From positions 7,228 through 71,227 of the forward strand of contig JAJRZR010000093.1 of NCBI GenBank assembly GCA_024275145.1: a stretch of 64,000 nt of DNA. The letters are read 5' to 3'. The notes below the pieces were generated by a model. The model searched no databases, was not told the DNA's origin, and was given only the letters and a program-made list of their open reading frames with translations. The translations under genes and the position numbers were made by a program. The DNA comes from Deltaproteobacteria bacterium. Its GTDB lineage: Bacteria; Desulfobacterota; Dissulfuribacteria; Dissulfuribacterales; QOAL01. How positions within the stretch are numbered: position 1 is the first letter of the stretch; each line of letters begins with the position of its first letter. Below are positions 42,965 to 51,272 of the stretch, piece after piece.

Positions 42965-43897
42965 GTGGACAGCTCTACCTGGATAAAGAATCTTAGGATC
43001 AGGGACAGGATCATCCAGGCTGTCAGGGATTTCCTTCACGGGGAGGGGTTTGTGGAGGTTGCCACGCCCTTGATCGTCCAGGCCCCTCTTCCCGAGCCAT
43101 CTATAGACGCATTCCAGGTCTGTACAGACGCGGGAAGGCCGTCTCTCTATTTAATCCCGTCTCCAGAACTCCACCTCAAGCGCCTACTGGCCAGGGGGCT
43201 CAGCAAGGTATTTCAACTTGGACCGGCTTTCAGAAAGGGTGAGAGGGGCACGCGCCATTTACCTGAATTTACCATGCTGGAATGGTATCGGGTCGGCGCA
43301 GACTACAACCACCTGATGGATGACTGTGAAAGGCTCATTGCCTGTACTGCAAGGGCCGCAGGGGCCGGGGAGCAATCGATCCCCTATGATGGAAATTCCA
43401 TCGACATCTCAAGGCCATTTCCCAGAATCACGGTGGATGAGGCCTTTAGGAGATGGGCTGGCTGGTCGCCACTGGCTGAAACCGATCTTGACAGGTTTGA
43501 CGAGGACATGGCATTCAAGGTGGAGCCTGCACTGTCTGCTTCACGGCCGTGTTTCCTGCTCGATTACCCTGCTGCTCTCGCATCACTTGCCAGGTTGAAA
43601 CGCGGGATGCCCAGGGTGGCTGAAAGGGTGGAACTCTATGCAGGCGGCCTCGAGCTGGCCAATGGTTTCTCTGAGCTGACAGATGCTAATGAGCAGGAGG
43701 CGCGGTTTCGAAGGGACCGGGCTCTGCGGAGAAAAAGGGGACTTAAGTGTTATCCCTGGCCCCGGGCCTTTTTGTCGGACCTGAAGAGATTGCCCAGGTG
43801 TGCAGGTATGGCACTTGGTATCGACAGGCTGGTGATGCTTCTTACTGATTCGAAGGATATCGATGAAGTGATCCCGTTGCCTCCTGAGTACGACTGA
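42965..43897 (+). CDS. epmA: EF-P lysine beta-lysyltransferase (EpmA/PoxA/GenX, truncated class II LysRS paralogue)
   Basis: 310 aa. Reads RIRDRIIQAVRDFLHGEGFVEVATP (motif 1-like), FRKGERGTRHLPEFTMLEWY (motif 2) and GMALGIDRLVML (motif 3). Adjacent to efp. Confidence 0.9.
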   Translation: MDSSTWIKNLRIRDRIIQAVRDFLHGEGFVEVATPLIVQAPLPEPSIDAFQVCTDAGRPSLYLIPSPELHLKRLLARGLSKVFQLGPAFRKGERGTRHLPEFTMLEWYRVGADYNHLMDDCERLIACTARAAGAGEQSIPYDGNSIDISRPFPRITVDEAFRRWAGWSPLAETDLDRFDEDMAFKVEPALSASRPCFLLDYPAALASLARLKRGMPRVAERVELYAGGLELANGFSELTDANEQEARFRRDRALRRKRGLKCYPWPRAFLSDLKRLPRCAGMALGIDRLVMLLTDSKDIDEVIPLPPEYD

Positions 43898-43915
43898 TTT
43901 CCTGGCAGGCCCTTA

Positions 43916-43943
43916 CCCTCTCGAACATTCACGAGGGTTTTTT
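43916..43943 (+). terminator. Weak rho-independent terminator after epmA
   Basis: CCCTC (43916-43920) pairs with GAGGG (43933-43937) and is followed by T6. The stem is only 5 bp. Confidence 0.4.
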
Positions 43944-44225
43944 CATAAAGATCCTCATGTCGGCCGCCCCTTTCACCTGGCTCTGCCTCTATGTCCCTTA
44001 AGGCATTCTGCCTACTTTCCGAAGAGAGTACATGAAAATAGATGCGATTAATCGACCTGGGCCTATGGACCTTTAATATTTCAGGGTGCCGTTGCACAGG
44101 CCTAAGGCACGGTTTTTTCTATTCGTTGGGTGTTCGATACTCTAGATCCCGTACATTGCATCTGGCCAGGGGTGATTCTCGCTAATGCAGGCGGATATCC
44201 ACAAGGGTTAACTATCAGATTCATC

Positions 44226-46151
44226 ATGGCGGGCAATAAGCACATGGAGAATTCGTCCGAGGGGCCGCACGGCGGCTTTCTTGCCAGAATATGGCACAGG
44301 GCACTTGCCGTATCCATTTTTTGGAAGATAACCTTGATGCTTGCCATCTGTCTTGCAGGCTATGTCGGTTCGGGTCTGATGAGCTTTTCCGCGCTTGAAC
44401 GTATAAGTGACCGGTTGGACCGGCTGGAATATGCCGAGGCTGCATCACTCAAGGTAGTACAGGATATCTCAAAAGAGCTTCAACTCATTGATATAGCAAT
44501 TAAAAGTATAGATCTCTCAAGGTCGCAAGAATCAAATATCCAGCTGATAAAACAATCCGAAAAAAGACTTGGTACCGTAAGGCGCTTGTTGGAGCTTCTC
44601 AAGAAGGGCGGCACCGCCGATTCCCCTGGGGAGATTGCCCCCCTTTGCATCAGCCCGTTAAAGGATGGGGGCGTCGGGGTGGCCTTCGATTTTTCCGTGT
44701 GGAATGAGCTTGCAGAACTCAAGCAGGACATAAACAAATTTGGAATCCTGATGTCATCGCATAGTGATCCGGGTTCACACGGAATCGACGTGTTAAAGCT
44801 AAGAACCAGCGGCCATCTTCTGGCAATGGAAAGGATCATGTCGGCCGTGGCAGCAGGTATAAGTCAGGAAGAGCGAGGGATTATAGCCAATATCCTGGAA
44901 GACATTGGAAATTATAAGATAAGGGCAACGCTACTGGTAGGTAGCATCATGTTTTTTCTCATATTGACCAGTTACGTCTGGGGTTGGCTTCTGGTATCGC
45001 CGTTACGAAGGCTGGCCACCATACTTCAGGAGATCATGAAGGCATCGGGCGAGGACTCATCATGTTCATCGATCAAGCTTGTGCCTGTCTTCGGGGAGGA
45101 TGAGATAGGCAAGGTGGCAATTGCCACCAATAACTTGATCCAGAGGATCAGGAAACTCTGTGCATTCAGGAGGGTCATAGAGGGGGATGAGACCGCTGAT
45201 GACATCTACATGCGGCTCGCCAAGGTTTTCCAGGAGGAACTTGGACTGAACAGCTTCGTTATCTTTGAGGTAAGGCCAGAAGGGGAGCGGCTTGACCTGT
45301 TATATTCATATCCAAAGGAAATAGGGCCGGAACTCCCTGATATCTGTCCGGCGGAAAAGTGCAGGGCCGTGCGCACCGGCTCCATCGTTTCGTCCCAGGG
45401 CCAGCCAGGAATATGCCAGGTCTTCCCGTGGCCGGATGCACTAACACATACCTGTATACCCATGCAGGTGGGTGGAGAAATCCTGGGAGTAATACAGTTC
45501 ATCTATCCATTCGTTGACAATCCAAAGCGAGAGGCAGGCCTTGTCAATACGCTGAGCGAGGCCAATCAATACCTGGTAGAGGCACTGCCGGTGCTGAAGG
45601 CAAAACGCCTTGCCCAGACGTTGCAAGAGATGGCCATGAAGGATCCCCTTACCTGCCTTCATAACCGCCGGTACCTGGAAAACTATCTGGACAATCTGGT
45701 TGCCGGTATCAGGCGTCGTGGCAGCTCCATGGGCATCCTCATGTGTGACATTGATTACTTCAAACAGGTAAACGACGAATTCGGTCATGACACGGGGGAT
45801 CTCATACTGGCAAATCTCGTTAAAATCTTGAGATCCCACGTAAGGGATTCAGATCTCGTGATTCGGTTTGGAGGGGAAGAGTTTCTCGTATTGCTGATCG
45901 ATTGCGAGCTTGATGAGGCAATGACCACGGCCGAGAGGATAAGGGAATCGGTAGAAGAGGCGGTCTTTCGTGTAGGTGTTACAGAACTCAAAAAAACCAT
46001 AAGTATAGGTATAAGTGAATTTCCGGGGGATAGCGAGGCCATATGGCAGGTCATCAAGTTCGCCGATGTAGCCTTGTATAAGGCAAAGGAAAAGGGCCGC
46101 AATCTGGTATTGAGATTTACCAGGGATATGTGGCAAGGAATTGATTACTAA
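44226..46151 (+). CDS. Membrane-anchored diguanylate cyclase (sensor region, TM, GAF-like domain, GGDEF domain)
   Basis: Active-site GGEEF at 45870-45884 (RFGGEEFLVLL), with an RxxD-like I-site context upstream. Two hydrophobic segments flank a roughly 230-aa N-terminal region. The start (44226 or 44244) is uncertain. Confidence 0.88.
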   Translation: MAGNKHMENSSEGPHGGFLARIWHRALAVSIFWKITLMLAICLAGYVGSGLMSFSALERISDRLDRLEYAEAASLKVVQDISKELQLIDIAIKSIDLSRSQESNIQLIKQSEKRLGTVRRLLELLKKGGTADSPGEIAPLCISPLKDGGVGVAFDFSVWNELAELKQDINKFGILMSSHSDPGSHGIDVLKLRTSGHLLAMERIMSAVAAGISQEERGIIANILEDIGNYKIRATLLVGSIMFFLILTSYVWGWLLVSPLRRLATILQEIMKASGEDSSCSSIKLVPVFGEDEIGKVAIATNNLIQRIRKLCAFRRVIEGDETADDIYMRLAKVFQEELGLNSFVIFEVRPEGERLDLLYSYPKEIGPELPDICPAEKCRAVRTGSIVSSQGQPGICQVFPWPDALTHTCIPMQVGGEILGVIQFIYPFVDNPKREAGLVNTLSEANQYLVEALPVLKAKRLAQTLQEMAMKDPLTCLHNRRYLENYLDNLVAGIRRRGSSMGILMCDIDYFKQVNDEFGHDTGDLILANLVKILRSHVRDSDLVIRFGGEEFLVLLIDCELDEAMTTAERIRESVEEAVFRVGVTELKKTISIGISEFPGDSEAIWQVIKFADVALYKAKEKGRNLVLRFTRDMWQGIDY

Positions 46152-46209
46152 TCTTCACGCAATCCATACCTTGATGCCGTACCCCCATGGCATGGAAACA
46201 CAATCCAAC

Positions 46210-46228
46210 GGCAGGATGTGTCTTCACG
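46210..46228 (+). repeat. Copy of the recurring intergenic box (GGCAGGATGTGTCTTCACG) in the leader of the 46.6-kb operon
   Basis: 17 of 19 nt match the ppsA-proximal copy read in gene orientation. It lies 365 nt upstream of ATG 46594 and overlaps the second copy of the 11-nt direct repeat TCTTCACGCAA. Confidence 0.5.
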
Positions 46229-46593
46229 CAAGCTATCGTGTAACCCATATCCCTTGGCCTGGCAAACAGGCATGCATTTTGTATTAGATGATATACGGTA
46301 AGGTCCTTAGGACAAAAAAATTTGTTATTTCAGTATACTATTTTTATGACTTTGCCCAAACAGGTTCGTCGGGAGTAAAAAACTATAAAGAAATATTTTT
46401 GATCTTCCGATTAATGAAAGTAAGGAACGGGGTTGCCCAGAATTTTCCAGTGCCTTGAAGCAGGAATCCTGCATCTGCCAGCGAGATCATCGCTTATGGG
46501 GGAAAACAGGCCGGATGCCTGGCAGAACGGGCGTGAGGACGTCAGCCTTCGGTAAGAAACCAAAGATCACCACCCTATTTTTGGAGGAAAATT

Positions 46594-47799
46594 ATGTCTT
46601 TTCTTAGACAGATCGTACCGGTCTTTTGTGTAGTCCTTGTAATAGGCCTGTCCGGCTGTGGGCAGAAAATCAAGGACTCCATCGTGCCTGTAAACACGCC
46701 TACCCATAGTAGAACAAATGAGCAGATCGTTATCCTGCCCTTTGCCGATTATTCCGTAGGAAGGCATACGGATGATGCACTTCGCCGACAGATAAAGATA
46801 CAGGAGGCCCTGGCCTATAGGCTGGCACAAAGGGGATTTCTAGTTCCGGTTGAAGAGGACGTCGTTCAGTACCTGTCGGATATAGGGGTTATCCTGATCG
46901 TAAAGGCATCCACGGAGGCAAACCGGCCCTATGCGGACCTGAAAAGGGAGATAGGGACGGGATGGTCTCCGGAGATGGAATCGGAGATACGAACGCTACT
47001 GATGCAAAACAGGGGATTAAACGATTCAGAAACCAGGATGGAAATCACCAAGGTGGGATTGGACCGTGGAACCTTACAACAGATAGGTCGCTATTTCGGA
47101 GCAAATTACGTACTCAGGGGGCGTATCGTTGAATATGAGATACGTAACAACCAGGCCCTCAGCCCGATTCAGCAAGGTATCCTTCCGTTCTTTTTTGACA
47201 GTGCTTCCGGGTTTCTGTTTGGATTTGCCGATTCGGGCCGTTATGACCTGTGGCAGGACATGGCTGTAGGCGGAGGCCTGGGTGCCCTTTTCGGTTCCTC
47301 TGCCAATACGCCCTTCAATGCGCCTGCTAAGAGACAGGTGGTTTCCGGCCATCCCATGTTCGGCGTATCGCGCACGGTTGAAAGAGGAGGCTACAGCAAC
47401 AGTAACGGACTCAATGCTGCGGTATGGGGCGGGACAGGTGCCGCTGTCGCCTATCTGGCATCAAAGGGTGGGAATGTACCCCAGGCGGTTATCCAGTTGA
47501 GTCTTGCCCTGCAGGATGTCCACACCGGAAAGGTAGTATGGGAGAACCGGGTGGAAAAACGGGTGGAGCCGGAGTCTGCATGGGCAGATCCGTCCGAAAG
47601 GCTTCACATGGATACGGCGGTGGAGGAGGCTGCTCGGATTTTGGCAGACAACTTGATGGCCTCTTTCCGGCTCAATGCCTCACGTGGGGCGTCACCAGTC
47701 GCATCTTCCGGCAGTATCGGGCCCAGACCGTCGGGCAAGGTCCCTGACAAGGTACCCCCTCCTGCCAATCCGCCTGAGCCCGCACCAGAATCCCCATAG
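46594..47799 (+). CDS. Lipoprotein with a CsgG/LpoB-like core, Gly-zipper segments and a Pro-rich tail
   Basis: MSFLRQIVPVFCVVLVIGLSGC has lipobox L-S-G-C, and GGAGG lies upstream. VILPFADYS..., GANYVLRGRIVEYE and IQLSLALQDVHTGKVVWE recall CsgG-family strands. Gly-rich AVGGGLGALFG and VWGGTGAAVAYL. The tail is PPPANPPEPAPESP. Confidence 0.65.
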   Translation: MSFLRQIVPVFCVVLVIGLSGCGQKIKDSIVPVNTPTHSRTNEQIVILPFADYSVGRHTDDALRRQIKIQEALAYRLAQRGFLVPVEEDVVQYLSDIGVILIVKASTEANRPYADLKREIGTGWSPEMESEIRTLLMQNRGLNDSETRMEITKVGLDRGTLQQIGRYFGANYVLRGRIVEYEIRNNQALSPIQQGILPFFFDSASGFLFGFADSGRYDLWQDMAVGGGLGALFGSSANTPFNAPAKRQVVSGHPMFGVSRTVERGGYSNSNGLNAAVWGGTGAAVAYLASKGGNVPQAVIQLSLALQDVHTGKVVWENRVEKRVEPESAWADPSERLHMDTAVEEAARILADNLMASFRLNASRGASPVASSGSIGPRPSGKVPDKVPPPANPPEPAPESP

Positions 47800-47872
47800 A
47801 CATGGGGCTCCTGATCCCAGGATTATATTTTGTAATCATCATGGGCCTGGACATGTCAAGGAGAAGAACAAG

Positions 47873-50800
47873 ATGATCCGTTTAGAATGGTTGGCACGGT
47901 CTTTCCACCGGTTTTTATTAATACAGATTCTTGTCAGTTTGTCTGTTTCGTCAATTGCCGTAGTCGTTTACGCCTCCAATGAAGGTCCGCCAATTGAGAT
48001 TACGGTGGCCGAATACGATCAACAAAATCCCCATGTGGTGGCCCTCCCGGACAAAAATCTATGGTTCGTTGTGTGGGAGGACTGGAGAACCGTTGCCAAT
48101 CCCGTCGATACCAATACCGGGGCGGATATATGGGGCCAGTTTATTGATGGAGATGGAAATTTTTGTGGTGAGCCTGTCCTGATATCCGATGAGGATAACG
48201 ATGGGAAAGGTGATCCTGGTAACCAGACCTTTCCCCGTGTGGCCTATGATCAGGGCGACAGCCGGCTGGGTGTGGTATGGCAGGACACCCGTGGCCGGGG
48301 TGTCTTCTTCAGGGCTATAGATGTATCTGATTGTTCTTCCCTGCAATTTTCTTCGGAGCTCGAGTTCAGTTACAATCCAGTTTTCGGGGATTCACTTCTT
48401 CTGGGCAGGGCCAAGCCAAAGATAGTCTATGACCCAGTCAGAGACCAGTTCTGGGTGGCCTGGACAGAAAACAGATCGGCCAGGAAGCGTGTAACCGGCA
48501 ATCCGTTTGGCTGTAGTGCCAATGCCTTTTCCTGGACAGTCGGGGATACCAGCATGGTTTCCTTTGCTGCGCTCAGCAGCCCTGCCTCCGGCAATATAAG
48601 CGAGGTGGTTCCACCCGATGTAATCAGGACAGATGATAATATCAATGTAAGGGAAATAAGCCATAGCGTTGCCTGTACAACAGAGATTATCACCTATGAG
48701 TTTTTTGATTCGGTCAACAACGTGGATATAGCAGTGGATCAATCATCAGGTGACATCCTTTTGGCCTGGGAAGGGGTGAGGCGTAAGCTTGTCGTCACGA
48801 ATAACAGCGATGAGATCGAAAACAGCCCTACCGATTGTTTCGACTGCGGCGCAGACGGGGTTAGCAGTGAGGCTGAAATCTCATCGTTCGATGGGGATCC
48901 CAATGTGGCCAACATATACGGTATCCACATGAACGAGGTCCCATTGTCCGAGATCATGGCCATGCGTCTGAGCGATGCGGACAATCTTGCCTACAATCCA
49001 TCGGTAATGGCAGATCCTGTCTCGGGCAAGTACCTGGTCGCCTGGGAAGATCTGCGTGGAGGGGCCAATTATACCAAGATTTATGGACAACTCGTCTACA
49101 CTACAGGTAACAAGTACAACACCAATTTCATAATAGGTTACCAGGATACCAATAGCGACGGTGAACTCGACGAGATTGTGAAGAATTCCAGGCAGACCAA
49201 TCCCTATGTCGGCTATGATTATACGAATCAACGCTTTTTCGTGGCCTGGCAGGATGGTCGCAATGGTTCGGTTTCGGTAGAAAACCTGGATATCTTCGGT
49301 CAATATGTGGACGGTGAAGGTTCACTCAGGGGTAGCAATTATCTACTTAGTGTCTCTTCAAACGGTATCCCCGCCGCGGGGAATCAGTATTCACCTGCCA
49401 TCGCCTTCAATCAATCGAATCACATGTTCCTGGGCGTGTGGAAGGATGCACGCAACTATGCAACCACGCGATCGGACATATATGGACAGCGTTTTACCAT
49501 AGGCCAGCCGCAACTGACTGTCCTTCATATGGACAATAGCCTGTTGTCACCCAGCCTCATAGATTTTGGGAGCCGTCTGTCAGGCGAAACCACGTCTTCC
49601 TCCTTCAAGATAAAGAATACGGGCGACATCATGCTGTCCGTACAGAATCTTTCCTCTCTGACAAGTCCCTTTGCCTATGTAGGCCTTCCAGACGAGATGC
49701 AGGATGGCGATACCACAGGTATCGACTTGATGCCAGGTGGAGAGTTTACCGTCACCGTATCCTTTACACCGACCGCGGCGGGTTCCTTTCATGATGACAT
49801 TTTGATCACATCGAACGCCGGTGAGGTTACTATCAATCTCCAAGGGCTTGGATTGCAACAGAATCCCAGTACCTCCTCGGTATCGGTCAATCCATCGGCG
49901 GTATCCTTTGGATCTGTCGCTGTGGGTGATGCGGTGTACCAGAGTGTGGTGCTGCAAAATGACGGCAATACCGCTGTCAATCTGGTGGAGGTGGAAGAAC
50001 CTTCGGAGCCATTTACAGTACTTGGTGGGCCATCCTCAGGTCAGAAGATAGATGCTGGCACCTCGGTGAATTTCGTTGTCAAGTTTGCGCCTACAAAGGG
50101 AGGCAGCAATAATAGCCGTCTTGCCTTCATATTCAAGGAGACAAATCCGGTTATAATCCAGCTTTCTGGTACCGGGTCGGAATCCACTGACCCTCCATCC
50201 ATCAGCCTGAGCACCAGTTCAGTGGGATTCGGCGAGGTCACTACCGGTAGCTCCAAGTCCGTAAATATCAAGATCTCCAATAACGGAGGCCAGACCGCAA
50301 AAATCCTTCACATAGATGCGCCGTCGGATGGCTTCACATACTCAAATGTCAGCAGCGGCACGGAGATAGAGCCTGGCAACTCGGTGCGGATGGTCATAAC
50401 CTTCAGCCCGCAGACGGCCAGTGAATACAGTGGCACTTTTGACATACTGTTCTCACATCTGACTAACCCTCTACATATAGCTGTAAAGGGTACAGGCCAG
50501 GATCCTTCCACTGCATCGGGTCCACCGGACATAGTCTTGTCTGACAGTAGTATCAGCTTTGCAGATACTGCAGTTGGGAATACGCGGTCCGAGCACTTTA
50601 CGATCACCAACGATGGTAAAGGTGCCGCCACCTTGCTTCAGGTGGATCTATGGGGGGATAGTTTCACTGTTGACGGTCTGGATCAGGGCATGACCATAGA
50701 ACCAGGTCAGACCATTCATGCGGTCATCGGCTTTAAACCTGCCAGCGAAGGAAGTGCCAGTGGGGAGCTGAGGTTGCTATTTAACCACCTGATGGATCCA

Positions 50801-51265
50801 ATGGTGGTATATCTTGAAGGTACGGGTGTGAATGAAGAGGACTATACCCCGGCTGGTGATGAAACAACAGCCAGCGGGCAGACCCCGCCATGGCTGAACC
50901 CATCTCTTCAACCACCTGAGGTATTGGTCTGGCAGGATTCCGCCGGTGGGGCAAAATGGAAGATCACATCCAATGATTTCACCTCCTATACTGCCAACAG
51001 GTATCTGATCGTTGTTACACCCTTTATCGATCCATGGACAGGTGGATGGCTTTTCTTCTCAAGAAGGGCCGATGGGTCCTTTGTGAAAGGGTTGTATCCT
51101 GAGGCAGCAAACTGGTCTATAACCACCTGGTCTGACTCGGTAGGTTCCTTGGATGACGTGATACCGGACGGCTACAAGGGAGCGGGGAAGTACTATCTTA
51201 TCTTTGGAATAATCATGCCGGATAATATCCATGCATACTACGATTGGATTTCCTGGACCAGGTAA
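47873..51265 (+). CDS. 1130-aa secreted or cell-surface protein: signal anchor, seven W-x-[DE]-x-R repeats (propeller-like), four tandem Ig-like (ASH / choice-of-anchor-D-like) modules, and a unique C-terminal domain
   Basis: AAGGAG lies 9 nt before ATG 47873. The N-terminal hydrophobic segment is FLLIQILVSLSVSSIAVVVYA. Repeats and modules are listed in the findings. The track ORF extends upstream to 47675 without support. Confidence 0.8.
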   Translation: MIRLEWLARSFHRFLLIQILVSLSVSSIAVVVYASNEGPPIEITVAEYDQQNPHVVALPDKNLWFVVWEDWRTVANPVDTNTGADIWGQFIDGDGNFCGEPVLISDEDNDGKGDPGNQTFPRVAYDQGDSRLGVVWQDTRGRGVFFRAIDVSDCSSLQFSSELEFSYNPVFGDSLLLGRAKPKIVYDPVRDQFWVAWTENRSARKRVTGNPFGCSANAFSWTVGDTSMVSFAALSSPASGNISEVVPPDVIRTDDNINVREISHSVACTTEIITYEFFDSVNNVDIAVDQSSGDILLAWEGVRRKLVVTNNSDEIENSPTDCFDCGADGVSSEAEISSFDGDPNVANIYGIHMNEVPLSEIMAMRLSDADNLAYNPSVMADPVSGKYLVAWEDLRGGANYTKIYGQLVYTTGNKYNTNFIIGYQDTNSDGELDEIVKNSRQTNPYVGYDYTNQRFFVAWQDGRNGSVSVENLDIFGQYVDGEGSLRGSNYLLSVSSNGIPAAGNQYSPAIAFNQSNHMFLGVWKDARNYATTRSDIYGQRFTIGQPQLTVLHMDNSLLSPSLIDFGSRLSGETTSSSFKIKNTGDIMLSVQNLSSLTSPFAYVGLPDEMQDGDTTGIDLMPGGEFTVTVSFTPTAAGSFHDDILITSNAGEVTINLQGLGLQQNPSTSSVSVNPSAVSFGSVAVGDAVYQSVVLQNDGNTAVNLVEVEEPSEPFTVLGGPSSGQKIDAGTSVNFVVKFAPTKGGSNNSRLAFIFKETNPVIIQLSGTGSESTDPPSISLSTSSVGFGEVTTGSSKSVNIKISNNGGQTAKILHIDAPSDGFTYSNVSSGTEIEPGNSVRMVITFSPQTASEYSGTFDILFSHLTNPLHIAVKGTGQDPSTASGPPDIVLSDSSISFADTAVGNTRSEHFTITNDGKGAATLLQVDLWGDSFTVDGLDQGMTIEPGQTIHAVIGFKPASEGSASGELRLLFNHLMDPMVVYLEGTGVNEEDYTPAGDETTASGQTPPWLNPSLQPPEVLVWQDSAGGAKWKITSNDFTSYTANRYLIVVTPFIDPWTGGWLFFSRRADGSFVKGLYPEAANWSITTWSDSVGSLDDVIPDGYKGAGKYYLIFGIIMPDNIHAYYDWISWTR

Positions 51266-51272
51266 GGAGAAT

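Noticed and set aside
44031-44048. Additional box-like sequence CATGAAAATAGATGCG between epmA and the GGDEF gene
   Set aside because: Only about 10 nt (TATTTTCATG in reverse) match, and the orientation does not fit the pattern of the five good copies. It could be chance.
46152-46593. c-di-GMP riboswitch (GEMM) in the leader downstream of the GGDEF gene
   Set aside because: A short stretch (GGCAGAAC...GGACGTCAGCC, about 46519-46545) vaguely recalls GEMM-I conserved blocks. However, I could not form the P1/P2 hairpins, the GNRA tetraloop or the CCGGGTT-type segment. An Infernal scan is still worthwhile.
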